Positions 1 to 8,655 of a stretch of DNA of 64,000 nt are shown here, piece by piece. The first letter of the stretch is position 1. Each line of letters opens with the position of its first letter. Source of the stretch: Candidatus Izemoplasmatales bacterium (lineage in GTDB: Bacteria > Bacillota_I > Bacilli_A > Izemoplasmatales > Hujiaoplasmataceae); the NCBI GenBank assembly GCA_050949045.1, contig JBMNEZ010000001.1, positions 672,001-736,000 of the forward strand, given 5' to 3'. The translations under genes and the position numbers were made by a program. The notes beneath the pieces are model-generated. The model did not search any database. It had not been told where the DNA came from and saw only the letters and a list, made by a program, of their open reading frames with translations.

Positions 1-874
1 CTGCCACCTTTCCCTTGATCGTTGGATAGGGGTCGTAATTTTCAAGCAAAAAATCATCGAAGACGAAATCCTCAATGTTCTCTGTTGACCTTAGGATCGT
101 CATTTTGGGGAGCGCCTTCGGTTTTCTCGACAACAATAACCCGACTTGGTCAAGATGATTCAAATAAATGTGGCAATCCCCAAAAGAATGGACAAACTCC
201 CCTGGTTTAAGATTGGTTATGCTGGAAATCATCAGTGTGAGCAGCGAATATGAGGCGATATTGAAAGGGACGCCGAGAAACGCATCGGCACTCCTTTGAT
301 AAAGATGGCATGATAGTTTGCCATCGGCGACATAGAACTGGAAAAAGGCATGACATGGCGGTAATGCCATCTTCTCAATCAAAGCGACATTCCAAGCGCT
401 GACGATCAGCCTTCGGCTATCCGGATTGTTTCTAATGTTGTAAATTACTTCCTGAAGTTGGTCGATCACACGGCCATTGCCTTCGACATGGCGCCATTGG
501 CGGCCGTATACCGGTCCCAAATCGCCATACTTATCCGCAAAAGCGCGGTCGGCAAGGATCCGCTCGATGAATTGGTCCAATGTTTCTCCCTTATAATCTT
601 CCGACTCACAAAAACGCTTGTAAGGCCATTCGTTCCAAATCCGGACGTTTTTCTCCACAAGCGGTCTGATATTGGTCTCGCCCTTGACGAACCAGAGCAG
701 TTCTTCAATCACCGATTTCAGATGGATTCTTTTTGTGGTTACTAACGGGAATCCCTCAGCGAGATCAAAGCGCATCTGCAAGCCAAAAGTCGAGATCGTA
801 CCGACACCGGTGCGGTCGGACTTACGGACACCGACATCGAGGATTGTGCGCAAAAACTCGTGATACTGTTTCAT
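1..874 (-). CDS. thyA: Thymidylate synthase ThyA (3' end cut by window edge)
   Basis: Absent from the ORF track; manual translation from ATG at 874 gives [26 protein letters not shown]...[11 protein letters not shown]...ELLWF, ALPPCH catalytic Cys, [18 protein letters not shown], ending IKGKVA at the edge. Confidence 0.96.
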   Translation of the reverse strand, partial: MKQYHEFLRTILDVGVRKSDRTGVGTISTFGLQMRFDLAEGFPLVTTKRIHLKSVIEELLWFVKGETNIRPLVEKNVRIWNEWPYKRFCESEDYKGETLDQFIERILADRAFADKYGDLGPVYGRQWRHVEGNGRVIDQLQEVIYNIRNNPDSRRLIVSAWNVALIEKMALPPCHAFFQFYVADGKLSCHLYQRSADAFLGVPFNIASYSLLTLMISSITNLKPGEFVHSFGDCHIYLNHLDQVGLLLSRKPKALPKMTILRSTENIEDFVFDDFLLENYDPYPTIKGKVA

Positions 875-947
875 TGGTAACCACCGCCTTTATCGAGATT
901 ATAACATTATTCAAATACTAAAAAAAGAAAAAGATGCAAAATGCATC

Positions 948-1277
948 TCAGTCTTTTTGAGAACTGATGAACGAAATCCTTTCGACAATGATTTCGGGGT
1001 AGGAAAACAGTTTTTTATCATCTTGCAAATAATCTCGTTGTTGCAACCTTGCCTTGATCCCGACGGTCGACCCCTTCTTGCAGTAATCGACGGTCGCCTC
1101 GGCGATGCCGCTCCAGAGCGTGCAGTTGAAGAAATCCGTTTCATAATCATTGGTCTCGCCGCTTTTGAAAGGTCGTTGCACAGCCAGAGAAATTGTCGTC
1201 ACTTTCCTGTTGTCGTCCAACTTTCGCAGTTCCGGATCTTTGGTGAGCCTTCCCACCAATATCACTTGGTTTAACAT
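948..1277 (-). CDS. ssb: Short single-stranded DNA-binding protein (SsbB-like, no acidic C-terminal tail)
   Basis: MLNQVILVGRLTKDPELR...ETDFFNCTLW OB-fold signature; 109 aa; AGGAGG RBS. Confidence 0.93.
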   Translation of the reverse strand: MLNQVILVGRLTKDPELRKLDDNRKVTTISLAVQRPFKSGETNDYETDFFNCTLWSGIAEATVDYCKKGSTVGIKARLQQRDYLQDDKKLFSYPEIIVERISFISSQKD

Positions 1278-1391
1278 AAATCCTCCTTTTTTGACAAATT
1301 ATAACGGATCAGCATATTCCAAAGAAAAAGCCGAAAGCGAGTCGCTGCCGGTATGTGTAAGCATAATAATGCCGTTCTTTCGAAAACTGGC

Positions 1392-1422
1392 AAAAAAAAG
1401 ATGAAGGGATGAGCCCTTCATC
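1392..1422 (-). terminator. Intrinsic terminator after lemA
   Basis: GATGAAGGG/CCCTTCATC stem followed by a T-tract on the minus strand. Confidence 0.75.
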
Positions 1423-1457
1423 ATATTTGATGGAAAACACAGCATTCTTTGTAATGT

Positions 1458-2036
1458 TTAGAACTTAAACTCGACATCCTGCCTTTTTTTATCCTCGGCT
1501 TCAAAATAAGGCTTTTTCTCCATATGGATGGCATTGGCGACGATGCTATGCGGAAAGGTGACGATCGTATGGTTGATCCTGGTCACGTTCGCATTGTAAA
1601 GCCTTCTCGCGGCTTGCAGGTGTTCTTCGGTGTTGGCAACCGCGCCCTGCAGTTCGACAAATACCGTGTTTGCTTTGAGGTCGGGATATTTTTCGACGAC
1701 AACGTTGATGCCTGATGCAACCTCGTTCAACTGGCCGAAGAACGCTTCCTTGTCTTTCAATGTGGCGTTTTCAGGAATGCCTGAACGCCACTTGACGACT
1801 TTTTCAAGCGTTTCCGCCTCATGCTTGGCGTAGCCTTTGGCCGTCTCGAGCATTTTTGTGAGCATGTCAAAACGTTTAGTGAGCGCGACATCAATACCGG
1901 ATTCTGCCTCATGGACCTTCAATTCCAACTGGCGCAAGGTGTTCATCGTCCCGATATACCAGATAACGATGAGAAGCACAATGCCGCCGATGACAATGCC
2001 GATGATTCCGCCCACACTCAAATCAAGTGTGATCAT
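1458..2036 (-). CDS. lemA: LemA family protein
   Basis: N-terminal TM helix; IDVALTKRFD, KGYAKHE, VEKYPDLKAN, ARRLYNANV, FP motifs. Confidence 0.95.
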   Translation of the reverse strand: MITLDLSVGGIIGIVIGGIVLLIVIWYIGTMNTLRQLELKVHEAESGIDVALTKRFDMLTKMLETAKGYAKHEAETLEKVVKWRSGIPENATLKDKEAFFGQLNEVASGINVVVEKYPDLKANTVFVELQGAVANTEEHLQAARRLYNANVTRINHTIVTFPHSIVANAIHMEKKPYFEAEDKKRQDVEFKF

Positions 2037-2074
2037 TTGTTTTTCCTCCTCTATATTTTTGATTCTTAATGCTT

Positions 2075-2971
2075 TTACAGGTCGCCTAACTTGGATTTGA
2101 AAATCTTCGTGTTCAATTTCAAACTGTGGATGAAATCCTTGATGACCAGTAAATCCTTGCGAAATTCATCCATTATCGTTTGGTCGATCTTGGTGAACAT
2201 CTTGATTTCAAAGGTGTCCTTATTGTTGTTGATGGCAATATACAGATTCTTTCCGGTGAAAGACAGGGAAATGCGACCGGCATTCCGTTTCTCAAGTTCG
2301 AGGATCGCTTCCATGATATCCGGAGTCAGAACATAAAACGCATTCAGCTCTTCGGTCGAATAAGTTTTGAACTTCTTATTGAAATCGATCGACTCCAGTT
2401 GAACCTTTTTAAACTTTCTACTTGAAAGCGGCGAACCGGATTCCAGCACTTGAAGATAACCGTCGAATTCCTTGTTGAAGGTGAACTTGAACACACGGCC
2501 CAAGAAATAAGTTACGTAGTAAACTCTGGTTCCGTTTTTAGTGTGCTGAACATGTCTTTCCTCGAGTTTGACATCGCTTGAAACGAAGTCGACACCGTCC
2601 ATCTGCCCTTGCAAGAGATCTTCGGAATGAAAGCGGTCAGCCCGTTTCAGAAACTCGGTTTGATAGACTTCCGTACCGCTAAGACCTCTATCCGGGTAAT
2701 AGTTGACTCCGGGAATGGCCTCTTGAAAATAGTCTGACAAAACATCAAATTTAAAACTGCGCTTGACACTGGAAAACTTCGCGGCTCCCACCATGCTCAC
2801 AATCATACCGATTGTGATAACAATGATCGGGAAAAACATTCCGTCCTCGCCGCCGCTTAGTAAGATAGGTATCAACAAGATCACGCCGACGCCGAGAATG
2901 ACAAATCCGATCAAAGAGATCTTTTCGCTTCCTTTTTTCAGATTGTTGAAACGATCTAGTTTTTCTTGCAT
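2075..2971 (-). CDS. DUF3137-like membrane-anchored protein
   Basis: Two N-terminal TM helices; EDLLQG, VQLESIDFNKKFKTYS, AFYVLTPDIME motifs; directly upstream of lemA. Confidence 0.75.
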   Translation of the reverse strand: MQEKLDRFNNLKKGSEKISLIGFVILGVGVILLIPILLSGGEDGMFFPIIVITIGMIVSMVGAAKFSSVKRSFKFDVLSDYFQEAIPGVNYYPDRGLSGTEVYQTEFLKRADRFHSEDLLQGQMDGVDFVSSDVKLEERHVQHTKNGTRVYYVTYFLGRVFKFTFNKEFDGYLQVLESGSPLSSRKFKKVQLESIDFNKKFKTYSTEELNAFYVLTPDIMEAILELEKRNAGRISLSFTGKNLYIAINNNKDTFEIKMFTKIDQTIMDEFRKDLLVIKDFIHSLKLNTKIFKSKLGDL

Positions 2972-3025
2972 TGAATCACCTCCGCACTGACGATATTATA
3001 CAACATTTGGGAAAAAATGGCGCAA

Positions 3026-4516
3026 TTATTTGAACATCATACACGCTTTAACCGCTTTTTTCCAGCCGGAATAGAGTTCATCACGGCATTTGTCGGATAT
3101 CAGCGGCTTGAAAACCTTGTCAACACCCCATTTTTCTTTGATGTCTTTCAGCGTCCATAAGCCGGTCGCAAGCCCTGCGAGATAGGCGGCTCCGAGAGCA
3201 GTGGTTTCGCTTGTCTCAGGCTTGTCGATATAAACATTGAGGATGTCGCTTTGAAACTGCATCAAAAAATCGTTTTCCGAAGCTCCTCCGTCCACGCGAA
3301 GCCTAGTCAATTTCTGCTTCGACTCGGCTTCCATGACGTTGATCACATCCTTAGTCTGATAGGCAATGGCTTCGAGTGTCGCCCTGATGATGTGGGCTCT
3401 GGTTGTTCCTCTTGTTAACCCGAAGATAGCGCCCTTGGCATCTTTTTCCCAGTAAGGAGTCCCGAGACCAACGAAGGCAGGGACGAAGTAGACACCTTGA
3501 TTGCCCTCGCAAGTCTTCGCATGTGCTTCCGTCTCGCCTGACTGCTTGATGATTTTAAGTCCGTCCCGAAGCCATTGGACTGCCGATCCGGTCACAAAGA
3601 TCGAGCCTTCGAGAGCATAGGTGATCTCTCCATCCAAATTCCAGGCGACGGTCGTCAACAAGCCCTTATCGGAGAGAATCGGTGTCTTTCCGATATTCAT
3701 AAGCAGAAAACAGCCGGTCCCGTAAGTGTTCTTGACATTGCCTTTTTCAAGACAGACCTGTCCGAAAAGGGCCGCCTGTTGATCGCCGGCGATCCCGGCT
3801 ATCGGGATCTCCTGCCCATAAAAGACATTTTTCGCAGTATGGCCAATGATCCCCGATGATGGTCTTATTTCCGGCAACAGCGACATCGGGATCCCGAAGA
3901 GCGAGCATAAGTCCGGATCCCAAGTGTTATCAAAGATATTGTATAAAAGCGTTCTGGAAGCATTCGATGAATCAGTGGCGTGGACCGCTCCGTCTGTGAG
4001 ATTCCAAACAATCCAGGAATCGACGGTCCCGAAACAGAGCTCGCCGGCTTCAGCCAACGCTCTTGCCCCCTTGACATTGTCCAGTATCCATTTGATCTTG
4101 GTGCCGGAAAAATACGGATCCAACAATAAACCCGTCTTCCGCCTGATGGTCTCTTCATGGCCGGCGAGTTTCATCTCGTTACAGATGGCGCTCGTCTGCC
4201 TGCTCTGCCAGACAATCGCCGGATAGACAGGAACACCCGTGCGGCGGTTCCAGACAATCGTCGTCTCCCGCTGATTGGTGATCCCGATCGCACCGATCTC
4301 AGTTGGCTGCAATTTTGCCTTGATCAGGCATTCGCCTATACAGATCGAGACCGAATCCCAGATCGCCTTCGGATCATGGAGGACGTATCCCGGTTTCGGA
4401 AACAACTGTTCAAACTCATATTGGCTCTTACAGACGATTTTCCCAGCGGCATCAAAGATGATCACCCTTGAGGATGTTGTTCCCTGATCTATCGCCAAAA
4501 TGTACTTTTCCATCAT
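3026..4516 (-). CDS. glpK: Glycerol kinase
   Basis: [52 protein letters not shown]. Confidence 0.97.
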   Translation of the reverse strand: MMEKYILAIDQGTTSSRVIIFDAAGKIVCKSQYEFEQLFPKPGYVLHDPKAIWDSVSICIGECLIKAKLQPTEIGAIGITNQRETTIVWNRRTGVPVYPAIVWQSRQTSAICNEMKLAGHEETIRRKTGLLLDPYFSGTKIKWILDNVKGARALAEAGELCFGTVDSWIVWNLTDGAVHATDSSNASRTLLYNIFDNTWDPDLCSLFGIPMSLLPEIRPSSGIIGHTAKNVFYGQEIPIAGIAGDQQAALFGQVCLEKGNVKNTYGTGCFLLMNIGKTPILSDKGLLTTVAWNLDGEITYALEGSIFVTGSAVQWLRDGLKIIKQSGETEAHAKTCEGNQGVYFVPAFVGLGTPYWEKDAKGAIFGLTRGTTRAHIIRATLEAIAYQTKDVINVMEAESKQKLTRLRVDGGASENDFLMQFQSDILNVYIDKPETSETTALGAAYLAGLATGLWTLKDIKEKWGVDKVFKPLISDKCRDELYSGWKKAVKACMMFK

Positions 4517-4606
4517 TTGGCACCTCTTTTATCATTATAACAAATCATCTTTAAAAAATATACTATGGGTGATATAATGATTTATAGATGGAGCGTGGTA
4601 CAAAAG

Positions 4607-5527
4607 ATGGAAAAACTGATTTTGAAAGATTCTCTGAACAATAATATCCATATTTACATCTATAGACCGAAAGTGGATGTCAAAGCAGTTGTTCAGATCA
4701 TCCATGGCGCTTCCGAACATTTTGCCCGCTACGGAATCTTCGCGGATTATCTCACCAAGAACGGCTATGCGGTTGTCGGGTGCGATATCCTCGGTCACGG
4801 GTTGAGCAGTCCAACTAGCGATTACGTTCATTTCGCAGACAGAAACCCTGGCGATGCCGCTTTCGAATCTGTCGTTCTCGTGAAGGACTACATTAATCAA
4901 ACCTTCCCCGAGATTCCCTTGTATCTTCTCGGACACAGCATGGGCTCGTTTTTGGCTTTCGCCTCGCTTCTTAGTTTCCCGAAGGACTATCAAAAAGCCG
5001 TCCTCACCGGGATGACCATCGTCCCTTTGCCCTTGGTTGGCGTCGCCACCATGATCGGCAAAGTCATCAACTTCTTCAAAGGACCCAAATATGTTTCCAA
5101 GCTGATGCAGAATCTCCTGATTGATTCCAGCCATGTAAAGATGCGCAAACGGGGGATCATCTCCGGAATCAACGAGGAATGGTTAACCAAAGATGTCGCC
5201 ATCCAGCAATACTACCACGATTCCGAAATCTGCGGACAACCCTTTACCGTTTCTGCCAACCTCGCCCTTTTGGGCTGGCTCAAACTCATCAATTCCAAGA
5301 AAAACCAGCGCCAACTACCTAAATCAACCAAAATCCTCTTTGCTTCGGGAATGGACGACCCCCTCGGGGGCTATGGCGACGGCATCAAAAAATTGCACAG
5401 TTATCTTTTGAAATCCGGCTTCACCAATGTCTTCCTGAAACTCTATGAAAACGACCGGCACGAGATTTTGAATGAAATCGACCGAGACGTCGTTTTCGCG
5501 GATATCCTCGATTTTTTTGAAAACTGA
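4607..5527 (+). CDS. Alpha/beta hydrolase (lysophospholipase / monoacylglycerol lipase family)
   Basis: VQIIHGASEH, GHG, GHSMG nucleophile elbow, RHEILNE; start moved to ATG 4607; divergent from glpK. Confidence 0.88.
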   Translation: MEKLILKDSLNNNIHIYIYRPKVDVKAVVQIIHGASEHFARYGIFADYLTKNGYAVVGCDILGHGLSSPTSDYVHFADRNPGDAAFESVVLVKDYINQTFPEIPLYLLGHSMGSFLAFASLLSFPKDYQKAVLTGMTIVPLPLVGVATMIGKVINFFKGPKYVSKLMQNLLIDSSHVKMRKRGIISGINEEWLTKDVAIQQYYHDSEICGQPFTVSANLALLGWLKLINSKKNQRQLPKSTKILFASGMDDPLGGYGDGIKKLHSYLLKSGFTNVFLKLYENDRHEILNEIDRDVVFADILDFFEN

Positions 5528-5541
5528 GTCTTTCAACCAAT

Positions 5542-5593
5542 AATTCCTCCTTTTTGTTCGTATATTTAGCGAAACAATTAAAAAGGAGGAATT
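5542..5593 (+). promoter_or_regulatory. RBS-sequestering inverted repeat ahead of RsgI-domain gene
   Basis: AATTCCTCCTTTTT (5542-5555) is the exact reverse complement of AAAAAGGAGGAATT (5580-5593), which contains the SD. Confidence 0.6.
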
Positions 5594-5596
5594 TTT

Positions 5597-6583
5597 ATGA
5601 AAAAAATCGCATTTTTCGCCACCATGCTCACGATTATGCTTTCAGCCGGCATCTTTGGCTGCTCACTTGCAAACGAGCTTGCTTATGTGAGCATTGACAT
5701 CAACCCGAGCATCGACATGGTTTTGGACCACAACGAGAAGGTCCAGACCGTCACTCCGCTCAATGCCGACGGAGAAATACTGCTCGAAAATCTCGAACTG
5801 GAGAACATGAATCTCGAAGAAGCCGTTGATGAAATCATCGATGAGGCAGTCAAACTCGGTTTCATCGACCCTGACACCGAGGGGGCCACGGTATGTGTCG
5901 ACGGTTCCACTGAACGGATCAGAACCAGAGTTCATGAACACATAAACAAAGCCTTCATGAACAAGGGGGTCGTCGGCAGTGCCGTGATGAACCCGAATGC
6001 CGACCTGCTTGAAGAAGCCGAGGCACTGGGCGTCACACCCGGATTCCTGCGGCTCGTCCATAGAGCGCTTGAAGCCGATGACGAACTCGTCAAGGACGAC
6101 GCCCTCTTGATGTCGGTTCAAGAACTGATCAAAATCATCAAGGACAAGGACTCCCAGATGAAAATGGTCCAAAACGAACTGAAAGCGGAATTTTTCGCCG
6201 AAAGGGAAGTCTTGTTCGAGGAATACCGACCGCTCATCCAGGCGCTTGAGGCAGAAATCGAGGCGCTTACGGCCCAAGATGAAAGTGCCGAGGAAAAAAT
6301 CGCAGAACTTGAAGCCCTGAAATCTGAATTTCATGAAGCGCTCGCCGCTCTCAGAGCCAGCTATCAAGTTGAAGGCGAAGCCATCAAAACCCAGATCCGG
6401 ACCCAGAAACAAGAGCGCATCGAGACTCACAAACAAGAAACCGAAGCCTTCCGTTCAGAGATGAACACCCGCCGTCAAGAGCGGAAGAACGCCATCGAAG
6501 CTTACCAAAACCAGTATAGCGAACAAAATAACGACAAGGAGACATCCACCGGCAAAAAGCAGCGTAAAGGCTCAGACAATTGA
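5597..6583 (+). CDS. Putative lipoprotein with RsgI-type (SEA-like) domain and C-terminal coiled coil
   Basis: Signal peptide ending IFGC; YVSIDINPSI...PLNADG...GFI RsgI periplasmic-domain signature; E/A/K-rich helical C-terminal half. Confidence 0.75.
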   Translation: MKKIAFFATMLTIMLSAGIFGCSLANELAYVSIDINPSIDMVLDHNEKVQTVTPLNADGEILLENLELENMNLEEAVDEIIDEAVKLGFIDPDTEGATVCVDGSTERIRTRVHEHINKAFMNKGVVGSAVMNPNADLLEEAEALGVTPGFLRLVHRALEADDELVKDDALLMSVQELIKIIKDKDSQMKMVQNELKAEFFAEREVLFEEYRPLIQALEAEIEALTAQDESAEEKIAELEALKSEFHEALAALRASYQVEGEAIKTQIRTQKQERIETHKQETEAFRSEMNTRRQERKNAIEAYQNQYSEQNNDKETSTGKKQRKGSDN

Positions 6584-6611
6584 GCGTTTGAGACATCAAA
6601 AAAGACCACTC

Positions 6612-7313
6612 TTAGCGGTGTGGTCTTTTGTTTTGTCCCTTGCGTCGCATTTCTTCGATTATAGATACATAACGGCCGTCGCCGACAACTATATGATCGG
6701 CAACCCTGATCTGCATCAATTCGCCGATCTCGATAAATTTCTTGGTAATGGCGATGTCTTCTTCGGAAGGAGCCGGATCGCCAGAAGGATGGTTATGCAC
6801 GAGAATCAGTTGATAAGCCGAATGTTTCACAGCGTACTTGAACACTTCCCGGGGATGGATCAGCGATTGGTTCAAGCTGCCGACATAAATCTTTTTGGCC
6901 GCAATCAAATTCATCTTCAAATCGAGATACAAGGCATAGAGAACCTCTTGCTTGAGCCCCGTCAACTCGCCCTTTAACAACTGATAGACATCAGTTGGCG
7001 AGCCGATGTGCTCCCGTTCGGCATGATAGTCCGTCACTCGGCGCCCGAGTTCGATCGCAGCGAGCAAGGTGACAGCCTTCGCCAAACCCATACCCTTGAT
7101 GGCAGCCAGTTCGGTGACAGTTTTGTCTTGAAGCTCTGCTAATGTACCGCCCAAACCGACGATTTCCCGGGCGAGATCAAGCGCCGAGAATGAACGACTA
7201 CCGGTTCTGATCACGATCGCGATCAACTCCTGAATGCTCAGGGCGGAGACTCCATACTTGACGAGTCGCTCCCGCGGCCGCTCTTGTTTAGGCAAGTCTT
7301 TAATCAAATACAC
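6612..7313 (-). CDS. radC: RadC / JAB-domain protein
   Basis: ERPRERL...G, GMGLAKA HhH, IHPREVF, HNHPSGDPAPSEED, DHIVVG. Confidence 0.95.
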   Translation of the reverse strand: MYLIKDLPKQERPRERLVKYGVSALSIQELIAIVIRTGSRSFSALDLAREIVGLGGTLAELQDKTVTELAAIKGMGLAKAVTLLAAIELGRRVTDYHAEREHIGSPTDVYQLLKGELTGLKQEVLYALYLDLKMNLIAAKKIYVGSLNQSLIHPREVFKYAVKHSAYQLILVHNHPSGDPAPSEEDIAITKKFIEIGELMQIRVADHIVVGDGRYVSIIEEMRRKGQNKRPHR

Positions 7314-7377
7314 AAGAACACCCTTGAAGAATACTACGCGTAACGGCTCTTGCTTCTTTAATTATCTCAATATCCGC

Positions 7378-8655
7378 TTACCATTCGCCGACAATCAGCC
7401 TCCTGATTTCTGAGACAAAGTATAGTGATCCGGTGATAAGGAGAATCTCATTTTTATCTAGTTTTTCCCTGAGCCTGTAAAAAGCCTGCTTAAAATCAAC
7501 TTCGATATACTTGGAAGGGTGATGGCTTTCATTGAACAAATCAACCGCGTTTGCTCTTCTCGGATAGTCGATCTCGGTGAAGTGGAACTCGTCCACAAAA
7601 TTGTCGAGCTCGCTGATCGCTTTTTCATGCTCTTTGTCTGCCATCATACAGAAAAGGCAGATCACTCTCTGATCCGGGTAAACCGAAGCCAGTGTCTTAC
7701 GCAAGGATTCGATCCCCCCGATGTTGTGGGCGCCGTCGAGGACTATCTTGTCCTCGAAGATCTCAAAGCGCCCCGGCCATGATGTCCTGAGGAGACCGTT
7801 CTTGATGTTTTCCTCACTGATTGGAAGCCGTTTTCGCTGTTTCAGGGTCCGGACGACCTCGATCGCCAGCGTGGCGTTCTTGACCTGATGATAGCCCAAA
7901 AGGCGCAGTTCATACGTCTCTGAACAATATCTGAAAGTCGTCCGCTGTTTGACCGAAACATGATCGACTTTGGTAAAATCGATGATCTTGAGCTCTGCTT
8001 TTTTCTTCGCCGTTTCCGAATAAAAAAGCGGGAAGAGATGCTTGTTTTCGATCGAACTGACAAGCGGCACGCCTTCCTTGACGATGCCGAGTTTGTTGAT
8101 GGCGATGCTTTCGAGGGTACTGCCAAGCTGCTTCATGTGGTCAAAGGAGATATTGGTGATGCAAGCGACTTCTGGGACAATGACATTTGTCGCATCAAGG
8201 AGGCCGCCGAGGCCGGCTTCGAACACCGCATAGTCAACCTTTTCGTCGCGGTAATAGAGAAACGCGATCAGGGTTAAAACCTCAAAAAAGGTGATGACCT
8301 CACCGTATTGTTTTTGGTACTCTTCCCAGAATCCGCGTATGAAATTGGCATAATCAAGCAGACGTTCATCGCTGATATAATAATCGTCGATCCCGATCCT
8401 CTCGTTGAAGAAGACAACATAGGGAGATGTATAGATGCCGGTTTTGTATCCGGCATCCGAAAGAATGTTTTTAATGAAATTGGCGGTTGAACCCTTGCCG
8501 TTGGTGCCTGCCACATGGATCGATTTGAAACTTTGTTCCGGGTGACCGAGCAATTCACATGCCCGCCTCATCCGGGATAGGTCGAGTTTATCGCCGAAAC
8601 GATGGATGTTCTCGATCCAGTTTTTCGCTTCCGCAAAAGTCAGGAATGCTGTCAT
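7378..8655 (-). CDS. folC: Folylpolyglutamate synthase / dihydrofolate synthase
   Basis: HVAGTNGKGS, YTSPY, FFE, EAGLGGLLDATNV, WPGRFE, LDGAHN, TGSLYFV; follows valS. Confidence 0.96.
   Translation of the reverse strand: MTAFLTFAEAKNWIENIHRFGDKLDLSRMRRACELLGHPEQSFKSIHVAGTNGKGSTANFIKNILSDAGYKTGIYTSPYVVFFNERIGIDDYYISDERLLDYANFIRGFWEEYQKQYGEVITFFEVLTLIAFLYYRDEKVDYAVFEAGLGGLLDATNVIVPEVACITNISFDHMKQLGSTLESIAINKLGIVKEGVPLVSSIENKHLFPLFYSETAKKKAELKIIDFTKVDHVSVKQRTTFRYCSETYELRLLGYHQVKNATLAIEVVRTLKQRKRLPISEENIKNGLLRTSWPGRFEIFEDKIVLDGAHNIGGIESLRKTLASVYPDQRVICLFCMMADKEHEKAISELDNFVDEFHFTEIDYPRRANAVDLFNESHHPSKYIEVDFKQAFYRLREKLDKNEILLITGSLYFVSEIRRLIVGEW

Noticed and set aside
5324..5556. Minus-strand 70-aa ORF behind a mirror-image AGGAGG
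   Set aside because: Antisense to the hydrolase catalytic C-terminus; the apparent RBS is simply the 5' arm of the hairpin
5663..6436. Long antisense ORFs (257 aa here; also 4535-5134, 41208-41834, 45154-45738, 50974-51648, 53877-54566, 62421-63125)
   Set aside because: Shadow frames opposite well-supported genes, with no recognisable motifs
6612..7313. radC as a mobile-element marker
   Set aside because: Full-length chromosomal form in the usual valS-folC-radC neighbourhood
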